Positions 47,915 through 57,352 of a stretch of 64,000 nt of DNA are shown piece by piece; positions within the stretch are counted from its first letter, which is position 1, and each line of letters begins with the position of its first letter. The stretch is taken from positions 12,660 through 76,659 of the forward strand of contig JANRLW010000126.1 of the NCBI GenBank assembly GCA_033762295.1, given 5' to 3'. Made by a program: the position numbers and the translations under genes. This DNA comes from Capsulimonadales bacterium. GTDB taxonomy: Bacteria; Armatimonadota; Armatimonadia; Armatimonadales; Armatimonadaceae. The notes below the pieces were generated by a model. The model did no database searches and was not told the DNA's origin. It worked only from the letters and a program-made list of their open reading frames with translations.

Positions 47915-47932
47915 GCCATGTTATAACATGGC
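47915..47932. promoter_or_regulatory. Perfect 18-bp palindrome containing TGnTATAAC on both strands
   Basis: GCCATGTTATAACATGGC abuts the ATG at 47933. Confidence 0.6.
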
Positions 47933-50900
47933 ATGGGTTTCCGATCGCTTTTCCCGCTCCGATGCCTCTCCCTTATGCTCTGTGCGTGCCTCTCCGTTCC
48001 GTTGCCCGCCCTTCCGACCGAACGGGCCCCGAAGCGACCGGCGACCGGGAAGGAGGAGGGAACCGGACCGGCTCGTCGGAAACCGGGAACGCCGCCCCCT
48101 CTGCCAAAGCCGACCGTCGCCCGAACACCGAATACACGCCCGTTGTTACGGCCGAACGAGTTTCTCGCGCCATCGCAGTTGCGACGCGGCATGAAAGGCG
48201 TGGGGTTGACCGTCTTTCAGGGAAATCGGATCGAACGTTTCGATGTGACGATTCTGGGGGTGGTCCGCAAGGCGAACAACGGGCGCGATCTAATTCTCGT
48301 CCGGCTTTCCGGGCCGACGTTGCGGCGGGTCAGCGACATTATTTCGGGAATGAGCGGTTCGCCGGTCTATGTCGGGGGAAAGATCATCGGCGCGGTGGCC
48401 TACGGCGCATCGTTTACGCGGGAAAGCATCGGGTATGTGACTCCGATCGAGGATATGCTGGAGGCGTGGGACCCGGGGCTTCCGCAGACGCCGGATGACA
48501 ATCCGGCTCCGTTACCGGAACCCCCCGACTCGGATTTGACGGTGCCGCTTTTCGTATCCGGACAGCGTTACGACCGGGTCCGAATCGATTCGGCGCGTAC
48601 CGGCGCTTCGCCCCCCGGCGTCCTTCGATTACGCCCGCTGATGGCCCGGGTGACGGTCACGGGCGTTTCCGGCCCCCGGTTCGCGACGGTCGCACGAGAG
48701 CTGGCCGAAATCGGCCTGGACGCCCGGCGGAACGGGGGAGGCGTCGCGGCCCCCGGACTGACCGGGTCGCCGTTGACCCCCGGCGGGGCGGTGGCCATGA
48801 GTCTGGCGACCGGCGACATCGACATTACCGGGATCGGGACGGTGACCTACCGGCGTGGCGATCGAATCGTCGCCTTCGGACACCCGTTTCTCGGTATCGG
48901 GCCGTTGCGGGCACCGATGTTCACCGCCTATATCCATGACATCCAACCCTCGTTCAACGAATCGCAGAAGGTCGGGTCGCCGGTGACGCTGGTTGGTGCC
49001 TTCTCTCAGGATCGACCCTATTCCATCAGCGGACGGATCGGTGACACCCCGTCCATGATGCCGTTGACCGTTCGGGTGCGCGACCGAATGATGGGGAAGG
49101 TTCGCACTTTCAAAGCGAAATTGATTCGCCATCCGCTTTTGCTTTCGCGGCTCATCAATATCGCGTCCTCGGCGGCGGTGGCCGAGATTCACGGGCAGCC
49201 GGGTGAGGCGACCGCGGTGGTGACCACGACGGTGGAAACCGAGGGTTTCGGAACGATCCGCCGGACCAACCGCGTCCAGGACAGCGCCGCGATCGAGGGA
49301 GCGGTCGGCGAGGATCTGAAGAACGCCGTCAATTTTCTTCTGAACAACTCGTACGGACGGGTCGGGATCCGGTCCGTCGCTATGGAAGTGGATATCACGC
49401 CGGGGAAACAGACCGCGACCATCGAACGGATCTTTTTACCCGGTACCCGATTCGAACCGGGCGAGACCATCGAGGTGGGCGCGGTCCTCAAACCGTACCG
49501 TAAGCCCGAACAGGTTCGCCGCCTGACCCTGAAGATTCCGCCCGGCACGGCTCCGGGAGTCTATAATCTGACGGTCCAGGGTGGGCCGACCGGGTACGCC
49601 TCCTCCGGACTCCTTTCCCTTTTCATGGGGCGCGGGATCGATTTTAGCGGCACCACCAGCGTCCCGCAGATGATCCGTCGTTACGGGGAACGGGACCGGA
49701 ACGACGCGCTGGTCGCCCGCCTGACGCTGCCGACATCCTCGCTTTCCGTCCGTGGTGAAAAGCTGGACGGACTCCCTCCCAACCTGGAGGCGGTTCTGCG
49801 AATGATCGCCGGGCGGACCTCCGGAACCCGACTGGAACGGGACGAATGCAAGACCGTGGCGACAACGCCGTGGGTTCTGTCCGGTATGCAGACTCTGCCG
49901 GTCCGAATCGGAGTAAAAGGCGGCGTCGAACCGGTTCCCGGTTCGCCCGTCGTCGCCCCGTCGGCTCCGTCGCCGGAGGCCGGTCTGCCACTCCCCGCAC
50001 CGGTCCCCCCTTCGCCTCAGTCGGCTGACCGTGGCACGGGAGGGGTTGTGCGTCGGGAGAGCGGATCGGAGCGAGTGAGCGAGGTGCGCGATACGGCACG
50101 AGATCCCGGCACGGGCGGGTCGGAAGCGAACGAAGGGGCGGAGCGAACCGGGGCGTCCCCGGAGTCCGCTCCGGAACCGGCCTCCGCCGCGCCGAAAATG
50201 GTCGGGCGTCCTCCGGGAATCTGGCGGCAGGTGGCGCCCAACGATTTTCGTTCGGGGGTTCGGGATGGGGTGACACTGACCGGCCAGGGAACGCTGCAGT
50301 TCGGCCCGCGTCTTCGGCGTATCGCGGACTGCAACGAACCGGTCTTCTGGTGTCTGACATCGGACGGTGAGGGCGGCGTCTTTGCCGGGAGCGGGGAGCA
50401 GGGACGGATCTACCGGGTATCGACCGGCGGGAAGTGTGACGTCGTCGCAACGACCGGGGAGATTGCCGTCCATACGATGGTTCGGTCAGGAAACGGGGAT
50501 CTGTTTGCCGGAACCTCGCCAAATGGGAAGGTGTTCCGAATGCGCCCGGACGGAAAGGTGCGACTGCTGTTCCGGGCGGAGGAAAAGCACGTCCTCTCTC
50601 TGGCGCTTTCGCCCGACGAGACGATACTTTATGCCGCGACCGGGGGACCCCGTGCCGCCGTTTATGCCGTTCCGCTCTCCGGGTCAGGCGGAGTCACGAC
50701 CGTTTACCGAAGCGGCGAAGGCAGCGTGACGACGCTCCATTGCGATCGGGACGGAACTCTGTATGCGGGCACCGCGCCGAACGGGCTGTTTCTTCGCCTG
50801 ACCGGATCGAACGGCCGGGCGATCGAACGGCCCGAAGTCCGGTTCGACGCGCCGGAGCCGGCCATCACCGGAATCCGGGTTCGCCCCGACGGCGGAGCCT

Positions 50901-52336
50901 ACCTGACAACCGCGCCACGCGGAATGCTGTACCGGGTTTCTCCTGAACGTGTCCCTGAACCCCTGACCGAACGGCCGTTTTCCGGGCCATTGAACGGACT
51001 GGTCGGGTCGGCCGACGGCACACTGTATTCGGCGGTCGGCAACACGATCGTTTCCGTTGATCCGGTCACCGACCGGGTGAGGATGACGGACGCCCCGACC
51101 GATGTGCTCTTTACTCAGGTCTGTCTCACGGCGAATGGAACCCTGTTTGCGGCCACCGGCGGGGTCGCCTCGGTCTTTGCTCCGGACTCGAGCGGACCGG
51201 CAGCGGGTACCTACGTTTCCCCGGTTTTCGATGCGCGAAGCGTGGTCCGATGGGGAACGCTCCGGTTTTTCGGAGAGGTTTCCCGCGATGGGACCTTGAA
51301 AATCCGAACCCGGACCGGAAATACGGCGGACCCGGATTCCGACTGGAGTCCCTGGTCGCCGGAATTATCCCGGCCCGAGGGAGAGCGGGTGACCTCACCG
51401 TCGGGAAGGTATCTTCAGTACCGGGTCGAATTTTCCGACCGGTCCGACCGGTCGGACCCGGACGTGCTCAAAGGGGTGGAGGTTTATTTCCGGATGCCCA
51501 ACCGGATGCCGTCGCTTTCTCTTCAGTCGCCCCGACCGGCGGAGGTCTGGCGAGGCGAGAAGACGATCCGATGGTCGGCGCAGGACCCGGACCGGGATAC
51601 GCTTTCGTTTGAAATCCGGCTTTCGGCGGACGGCGGGCGGACCTGGCAGGCGGTACCCACGAAAAAGGGGAGCGGACCGGTTTCGGTCCCCGGTACCGAA
51701 CCCGCCGCGCCAACGACGGCTCGACCGGGTAGCCCGAAGGAGACGACTGCCTCGGCGGCGTTGGCACTGGCGGAGGAACTGGATCGACATCCGGAGATCG
51801 GACCCGAGTTGCGTCAGCGGATGCTGGCGGATGCCTCCGCGCATTCCGCGCCCACCCCACCGTCCGCCACGCCGCCATTGACCCAGCCATCCGCGAGGGA
51901 GACTTTCCTTACCTTCGATACGACGAAAATCCCGGACGGTGAATACCGGATCAGGGTGACGGCGACCGATCGAGCGTCCAACCCGGACGACCCGTTGACG
52001 GCGGAGGCGATTTCGGAAACCTTCCGGGTTGTCAATCGTTCCCCGGCAATTTCTTTGCGGGAACCGGTATCCACGGGAGTGAAAGAACGGACCGTCGTTA
52101 TCGAGGGGGTGGCGATTCAGGCCGGTGCGTCGATTCGGGGCGTTCAGTTCCGTTCGGATAACGGCGAATGGTTGAGTGCGGCTGCGAAGGATGGAATTTT
52201 CGATAGCCCGCTCGAATCGTTCACCGTCACGACCGAACCGCTGACATCGGGAAGCCACGTGATCGAAATCCAGGTCATCGACGAGGCGGGGAACGTGGCT
52301 ACGCAGAAAGTGACCGCGACTGTCAGGAACGGGTAG
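47933..52336 (+). CDS. Secreted SpoIVB peptidase S55 domain protein fused to beta-propeller and Ig-like domains
   Basis: Signal peptide; GMKGVGLTVFQG, SGMSGSPVY, AFGHPF S55 motifs; later propeller blades (GDLFAGTSPNGKVFR), RTGNT.DPD..WS.WS, DGIFDSPLE. Confidence 0.85.
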   Translation: MGFRSLFPLRCLSLMLCACLSVPLPALPTERAPKRPATGKEEGTGPARRKPGTPPPLPKPTVARTPNTRPLLRPNEFLAPSQLRRGMKGVGLTVFQGNRIERFDVTILGVVRKANNGRDLILVRLSGPTLRRVSDIISGMSGSPVYVGGKIIGAVAYGASFTRESIGYVTPIEDMLEAWDPGLPQTPDDNPAPLPEPPDSDLTVPLFVSGQRYDRVRIDSARTGASPPGVLRLRPLMARVTVTGVSGPRFATVARELAEIGLDARRNGGGVAAPGLTGSPLTPGGAVAMSLATGDIDITGIGTVTYRRGDRIVAFGHPFLGIGPLRAPMFTAYIHDIQPSFNESQKVGSPVTLVGAFSQDRPYSISGRIGDTPSMMPLTVRVRDRMMGKVRTFKAKLIRHPLLLSRLINIASSAAVAEIHGQPGEATAVVTTTVETEGFGTIRRTNRVQDSAAIEGAVGEDLKNAVNFLLNNSYGRVGIRSVAMEVDITPGKQTATIERIFLPGTRFEPGETIEVGAVLKPYRKPEQVRRLTLKIPPGTAPGVYNLTVQGGPTGYASSGLLSLFMGRGIDFSGTTSVPQMIRRYGERDRNDALVARLTLPTSSLSVRGEKLDGLPPNLEAVLRMIAGRTSGTRLERDECKTVATTPWVLSGMQTLPVRIGVKGGVEPVPGSPVVAPSAPSPEAGLPLPAPVPPSPQSADRGTGGVVRRESGSERVSEVRDTARDPGTGGSEANEGAERTGASPESAPEPASAAPKMVGRPPGIWRQVAPNDFRSGVRDGVTLTGQGTLQFGPRLRRIADCNEPVFWCLTSDGEGGVFAGSGEQGRIYRVSTGGKCDVVATTGEIAVHTMVRSGNGDLFAGTSPNGKVFRMRPDGKVRLLFRAEEKHVLSLALSPDETILYAATGGPRAAVYAVPLSGSGGVTTVYRSGEGSVTTLHCDRDGTLYAGTAPNGLFLRLTGSNGRAIERPEVRFDAPEPAITGIRVRPDGGAYLTTAPRGMLYRVSPERVPEPLTERPFSGPLNGLVGSADGTLYSAVGNTIVSVDPVTDRVRMTDAPTDVLFTQVCLTANGTLFAATGGVASVFAPDSSGPAAGTYVSPVFDARSVVRWGTLRFFGEVSRDGTLKIRTRTGNTADPDSDWSPWSPELSRPEGERVTSPSGRYLQYRVEFSDRSDRSDPDVLKGVEVYFRMPNRMPSLSLQSPRPAEVWRGEKTIRWSAQDPDRDTLSFEIRLSADGGRTWQAVPTKKGSGPVSVPGTEPAAPTTARPGSPKETTASAALALAEELDRHPEIGPELRQRMLADASAHSAPTPPSATPPLTQPSARETFLTFDTTKIPDGEYRIRVTATDRASNPDDPLTAEAISETFRVVNRSPAISLREPVSTGVKERTVVIEGVAIQAGASIRGVQFRSDNGEWLSAAAKDGIFDSPLESFTVTTEPLTSGSHVIEIQVIDEAGNVATQKVTATVRNG

Positions 52337-52345
52337 TCGCGCGAG

Positions 52346-53221
52346 TCACCGGGCGACATATGCGGCGGGTGGTCGGATCGTCTTCGGCTGTTCGCGCGCC
52401 TGCCTGACAAATTCGGCGATGCAGGGCGGGCAACAGAAACGGTACGATTGGCCGTCGACGATCCAGGTAAAGCGCGGATTGGCGAGCGTTTCGGTTATGG
52501 GACAGATCGGACTGCCGCCGGGAGGTTTCCGGTTATGCACCGGGAGTGCACCGCGATACCGAACGGAGGCGATGGCATGGCCGTTAGCGGCGATGTCGGC
52601 GGCCGTATATTTTCCGGCCGGGGTGAGAAAGAGTTTTCGTTCTTCATCGCCGTCGGGCGCATCGGGCATCGCGGCTTCCGTGGTCCCGCCGGCATGTTGC
52701 GGTGAAACCCAGGCACGTGTCTCCTCGGGACGCCAGCGGATGCTGTGATCCGTGCCTTGATAGGGCACGGTGACGCGAATACCGTAAAGCCCCAGGCGAC
52801 CAAGGGGGAGGCGTTCGACCGGAGCGCGCCCGACGAATACGGAACCGCTGACTGCGGAAGTAGTGCCGGCCCGGTCCGGCGTCAGGAAAAATGCGGTGGA
52901 ATCGCCGTTGTCGGCCGAAACTTCGCCCTCGATACGGGCGGCGGCCACCGATGCGAACGTTTTCGTTCGGGCGTCCATAAAGTACAGATGAATCGTGCCG
53001 TCTCCGCCGCACCGAGCCTCCACCAGGCGGTCCGCAAAGGATTTTACCCGCGTCGGCCAGACTCCTGCAGGGAGGGCGGAAGCCATTTTGTTGGTCTTGT
53101 CGTGAGTCGGTGGCGCGGTTCGCAGCAAGGCATATCCGCCGATAACCACGATCAAAACGGTGACGGAGGAAAGCACGACGGGTCGCCATTGGCGTACGAA
53201 CAGGGAGTTCCCGGTGGACAT
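52346..53221 (-). CDS. Membrane-anchored protein with C-terminal YHS-like Cys-rich domain
   Basis: N-terminal TM; ICPIT...F.W..DGQSYRFCCPPCIAEF. Confidence 0.7.
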   Translation of the reverse strand: MSTGNSLFVRQWRPVVLSSVTVLIVVIGGYALLRTAPPTHDKTNKMASALPAGVWPTRVKSFADRLVEARCGGDGTIHLYFMDARTKTFASVAAARIEGEVSADNGDSTAFFLTPDRAGTTSAVSGSVFVGRAPVERLPLGRLGLYGIRVTVPYQGTDHSIRWRPEETRAWVSPQHAGGTTEAAMPDAPDGDEERKLFLTPAGKYTAADIAANGHAIASVRYRGALPVHNRKPPGGSPICPITETLANPRFTWIVDGQSYRFCCPPCIAEFVRQAREQPKTIRPPAAYVAR

Positions 53222-53324
53222 GATGGGAGGGATGTTCTACGCGAAGGGGTCCCCTACCTGCATTTCGGCGAAGAATTCGGCCGGAAGGCGTAACCGACGG
53301 ACGTTGAAGGGAGTTACATTAATT

Positions 53325-53942
53325 ATGATACGACGACCGACACAAGGGCAACGTCGGCGGTTCAAACCGCGATTGAAGCCTCGAAACAAGTACGACTGGC
53401 GGTGGATCCTGGTACTGTATCCGATCACCCTGGCGATTGTGATTCCTCTGGGATTCCTCTGGCTTTCGCCCGCACTGCTGGTTGCCGCAATGGGAGCGCC
53501 GGCGATGGTGGCGTTCCTGGTCGGTCTGTTGCAGTGGCTTGTCTGGATGGCGGTCAGTTGTGCGGCCATTGTCAACTATCTGGAGGTCGATGACGAGGGG
53601 TTTGTGGCTCCGACACTGTTTCAAAAAACCAGAGTGGCGTGGACCGACGTTGAATCGGTGTCCGTGGTGACGCGCGGCGAGTACCTGCGGGCGACGTTAC
53701 GCTGGCCCTTCCGGGATCGAACGCTCCGATTCTCCAACTCGCCGTTCACTTTCAGCGAATATATTCGAATCCGTCATAAGGGGGGAACCGTCTATTTTTC
53801 CGCCGAGGACACCCAGGAGGCCCTGACGGAAATACTGACCTTGCGGCGCGACGGGCAGGCGGCGACCCGCTGGTACCATGCGGCCACAACGACGGCGTCG
53901 GCTCCGGACCCGGTCCGGATCGTCGGTCGTTCGATCGGGTAA
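53325..53942 (+). CDS. Hypothetical membrane protein (two TM segments, possible bacterial PH-like domain)
   Basis: GGGAG RBS; two hydrophobic segments followed by YLEVDDEGF...RVAWTDVESV. Confidence 0.65.
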   Translation: MIRRPTQGQRRRFKPRLKPRNKYDWRWILVLYPITLAIVIPLGFLWLSPALLVAAMGAPAMVAFLVGLLQWLVWMAVSCAAIVNYLEVDDEGFVAPTLFQKTRVAWTDVESVSVVTRGEYLRATLRWPFRDRTLRFSNSPFTFSEYIRIRHKGGTVYFSAEDTQEALTEILTLRRDGQAATRWYHAATTTASAPDPVRIVGRSIG

Positions 53943-53992
53943 TACCGCCCGTCGGGTACAATGGGCCATAATTTCATGGAAGGTCCGGTGGC

Positions 53993-55240
53993 ATGAGCTT
54001 GGCGGTGTCCGCACGCTGGTTACGGTTTTCGATCCTCTTGATCTGGCTCGTTTCGGGGGTTTCGTCGATACGGGCGCAATCATTCCCGCGTCCCGGCGAA
54101 ACGTGGGACTCCAAACCGCTCGGGGTCTTCGCACTCGGACGGTGGCAGCGGGTACGCCTCACCTCCGAGGGAAAAGGTAAAGGAACCCTGATCCTCGATC
54201 CCAACCGTGCCGCCTGGGACGGATTCTCGCCTGCGTGGCGATCGACTCGGATGGCGGAGGTGCGACTTCCGATTCGTTTTCAAGCCGTCAAGGCCGTCAA
54301 TCGGTCGTCGGCGACGCCGCAGACGACCGCACCGCGTCTGTACGATCTGCTGCCGGAGGGAAAGCGGTCGCTCGCCGCTTCAGGTATCGGTCCGCGCCTG
54401 CGCCTGGTGACCGCCACGCTGCCGACCGGCCCCCAGCGATTACTGGAGTGGGACGCGGAGCGGATAACGCGGGTCGTGGCGCTCGAACGGTCGCCGCGCT
54501 CCGTTGTTGCCCTGCCCGAAACCGACCGGTTCGCCTTCAAATCGACGTTTCTGGGCCGTACATGGGGCAGGACGGCCCTGGTTTCGATCTCCGGTTCCCT
54601 GAAGGACAGGACCGGTCGGCTGGTGCTCGACGGAAACGCGATGATTCCGGACCCGTTCGGCGATCCGTCGATCAGCACGATGATGGCTCCGATCCCGCAG
54701 GAGGTGACGTTGGCGGAGCGGAAAGGGTTGCCTTCGACCGTCATGGCGCGGGTTTTCACCCTGGAAGGCGCCAAGCCTCCGATGTCGCTGGTGCTGGAAC
54801 GGGGCGGCGCGGCGGCCCGTCTCGTACTGCAGGACACTTCCGGGAAAGCGACCGGGTTTCTAACCCTGGAACCGGACCGGCGCGCCGCGACGCCGCTCTT
54901 CTCGTCGGAATGGCGGCTGGTCGAAATCGTCGGTGCCAGGGAGACGATCACGCCGACCGAGGAAGAGTATTCCCTGCGATTCCTGCCCGACGGTCGCATC
55001 GTGGGACGGGCAGGTGTCAACCGGATTGCCGGATTTTTCGGCGTCGCCGAGGACCATCTGGTCTTTTCGCCGCTGGTCTCCACCCGGGCGGCGGCCTTGA
55101 ATCCGACCGTCGAGTCCGCGTTCCTGACGGCGTTGTCGAAGGTCCGGTCTTTCCGATCGGAGGGGGAGGAACTCCGACTGCTGCTGGCCGGGGAGGTGGG
55201 CGCGATCGTCCTGAAACGCGTTCCGCTTCCGTCTCGCTGA
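53993..55240 (+). CDS. Exported protein with C-terminal META domain
   Basis: Signal peptide (IRA-Q); EWRLVEI...LRF..DGRIVGRAGVNR...STRAA...ESAFLTAL. Confidence 0.75.
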   Translation: MSLAVSARWLRFSILLIWLVSGVSSIRAQSFPRPGETWDSKPLGVFALGRWQRVRLTSEGKGKGTLILDPNRAAWDGFSPAWRSTRMAEVRLPIRFQAVKAVNRSSATPQTTAPRLYDLLPEGKRSLAASGIGPRLRLVTATLPTGPQRLLEWDAERITRVVALERSPRSVVALPETDRFAFKSTFLGRTWGRTALVSISGSLKDRTGRLVLDGNAMIPDPFGDPSISTMMAPIPQEVTLAERKGLPSTVMARVFTLEGAKPPMSLVLERGGAAARLVLQDTSGKATGFLTLEPDRRAATPLFSSEWRLVEIVGARETITPTEEEYSLRFLPDGRIVGRAGVNRIAGFFGVAEDHLVFSPLVSTRAAALNPTVESAFLTALSKVRSFRSEGEELRLLLAGEVGAIVLKRVPLPSR

Positions 55241-55319
55241 CCGGGCGGCAGGAAAGTACCGGTTCCGCGCCGAATGACTACGGGAAACTCGATCGAGAAA
55301 ACTCATTTCGGAGAAACTG

Positions 55320-56417
55320 ATGGCAGTACATAATGTAACCCTGATTCGGGGTGACGGCACCGGCCCCGAGTTGGTTGAGGCGACCCGGCGCGTTCTGGAA
55401 GCGGCCGTGGCGACCGGCGGCTCCTCCTTCAACTGGGACGTTGTCGAGGCGGGCGTCGATATCATGGAGACGGCCGGGACACCGCTTCCGGACAATGTCC
55501 TGGAGTCGATCCGCAAAAACAAGCTGGCGCTCAAAGGCCCGATCACGACTCCCATCGGAACGGGCTTCCGCTCGGTGAACGTCGCCCTGCGTAAGGAACT
55601 GGACCTGTACGCCTGTATCCGGCCGTGCAAGTCCTACCAGGGGGTCCGCTCCAAGTACGAGAACATCGACCTGGTAATCGTCCGCGAAAATACCGAGGAC
55701 CTCTATGCCGGCGTCGAGTACGATCTGGATACCCCAGAAACGAAGCAGATCATCGCGATGGCGAACGGCAAAATCCGTCAGGACGCCGCCATTTCGATCA
55801 AGCCGATCTCGGTGTCCGGCACCCGGCGCATCGTGAAGATGGCGTTCGACTACGCGGTGGAGAACGGCCGCAAGAAAGTCACCGCCGTTTGCAAGGCGAA
55901 CATCATGAAGTATACCGACGGCCTGTTCTACCGCGTCGCCCGTGAGGTCGCGGAGGAGTATAAGGACCAGGGTATCGAGTACGATGAGTGGCTCGTCGAT
56001 GCGATGTGTATGCAACTGGTACAGAAGCCGGAGAACTATGATGTACTGGTGATGCCCAACCTGTACGGTGACATTCTGTCGGACCTCGGGGCCGGACTGG
56101 TCGGCGGTCTGGGCGTGGCGCCCGGAGCAAATATCGGCGACGGCTGCGCTCTCTTCGAGGCGACCCACGGTTCCGCGCCGAAGTACAAGGGAATGAACAA
56201 GGTCAACCCGACCGCGCTGATTCTGTCGGGTCTGCTGATGCTCAAATACATCAAGGAAACCGACGCCGCCGCCCTTCTGGAAAAAGCGGTCTCCGACGTG
56301 ATAGCCGAGGGCAAGGATGTCACGTACGACATGAAGCCCGACCGCAACGATCCGACCGCCGTCGGAACGTCGCAGATGGCCGACGCGATTATCGCGAAGA
56401 TCAACGCCGGTTCGTAA
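55320..56417 (+). CDS. icd: Isocitrate dehydrogenase (isocitrate/isopropylmalate family), probably NADP-dependent
   Basis: [23 protein letters not shown] (isocitrate-binding Ser/Asn), [24 protein letters not shown] and VTYD match the NADP-type Lys/Tyr determinants rather than Asp/Ile. Confidence 0.85.
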   Translation: MAVHNVTLIRGDGTGPELVEATRRVLEAAVATGGSSFNWDVVEAGVDIMETAGTPLPDNVLESIRKNKLALKGPITTPIGTGFRSVNVALRKELDLYACIRPCKSYQGVRSKYENIDLVIVRENTEDLYAGVEYDLDTPETKQIIAMANGKIRQDAAISIKPISVSGTRRIVKMAFDYAVENGRKKVTAVCKANIMKYTDGLFYRVAREVAEEYKDQGIEYDEWLVDAMCMQLVQKPENYDVLVMPNLYGDILSDLGAGLVGGLGVAPGANIGDGCALFEATHGSAPKYKGMNKVNPTALILSGLLMLKYIKETDAAALLEKAVSDVIAEGKDVTYDMKPDRNDPTAVGTSQMADAIIAKINAGS

Positions 56418-56496
56418 ACCGGGAAGGCGTATGCCGGACCCTCTGCCGGGGATCCGGCATACGCGCCGCATTGTCGGAGGTATCGGAGGTCAAGGA

Positions 56497-57255
56497 ATGC
56501 ACACGATCCCAGTCTTGCTCCGTTTTGCCAGCCTTGCCTCCCTGTTCCTCATCGCTACGGTCGCCTTCGGTCAGGACCGCCCGGCCCGAAGCGAACGAAC
56601 ATTGAAACTTCGGGATGCCGTCCGCGTTCTCGAATCGCGGTTCGGTGTTCCCATACTGGCCGAAACCTCCGTTGCCGGCATCCCGGTCCGTCTGCCGGGG
56701 GAACGGGCGGAGGACGGACAACCGCTTGCCCTCGAAAACACCCTTGCCGAGATGGTCCGCCGTTTACCGCCGGGAACCCGTCATCTGACTCTCGTCCTGC
56801 CGCCCCCGCCCGGTAAAAGCCGGTTCCGCGCCGACGATCTGGCCGACCTGGTTCTGGCGCACGAAAAAATGTTCGGACGGCGAGGGGATTCCCTTTCCGT
56901 TGCGATACGACCGGTTCCCGCCGGGCCACCGACCGAAAAAGAGGTGACGGTTCATCTGATCTTCAATCCGCACGGCCATGCCTCCCTGGCGTTCCGTGGG
57001 GGGGAGTTCGATACGCTCTCACCCGAAGGAAAGAAGGAGTGGATTCGGCGCGCGGGGGAGGCCCTCCTGCGGATGGACGCCGAAACGCGCGCGCATACCT
57101 TAAAAGGGTTGCTGTACCTGCCCTCCCGACTGATGGAAACCGTGATGACCGGACTTTCCGAAGCGGACATGGCCGAATTCGTGACGGCGATGGGCGGGGA
57201 GGTTCGTCGCGAACCGAACAAGGTCGAAATCGCGTTTCCGCAAAAGGACGACTGA
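56497..57255 (+). CDS. Exported hypothetical protein
   Basis: GGAGG RBS; signal peptide ending AFG-Q; no recognised family. Confidence 0.65.
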   Translation: MHTIPVLLRFASLASLFLIATVAFGQDRPARSERTLKLRDAVRVLESRFGVPILAETSVAGIPVRLPGERAEDGQPLALENTLAEMVRRLPPGTRHLTLVLPPPPGKSRFRADDLADLVLAHEKMFGRRGDSLSVAIRPVPAGPPTEKEVTVHLIFNPHGHASLAFRGGEFDTLSPEGKKEWIRRAGEALLRMDAETRAHTLKGLLYLPSRLMETVMTGLSEADMAEFVTAMGGEVRREPNKVEIAFPQKDD

Positions 57256-57352
57256 TGCTCCGATTTTTACGCGTTCGCGAAACGTTTCGTCCCGGGATGT
57301 CGGTATTTGGTGGGAAAAAGGTTCACGGAACCGAAACCTTCGCAGGTGAAAT

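Noticed and set aside
55320..56417. leuB (3-isopropylmalate dehydrogenase) call
   Set aside because: TTP...RSVNVALR and HGSAPKY match isocitrate dehydrogenases; no leu genes adjacent.
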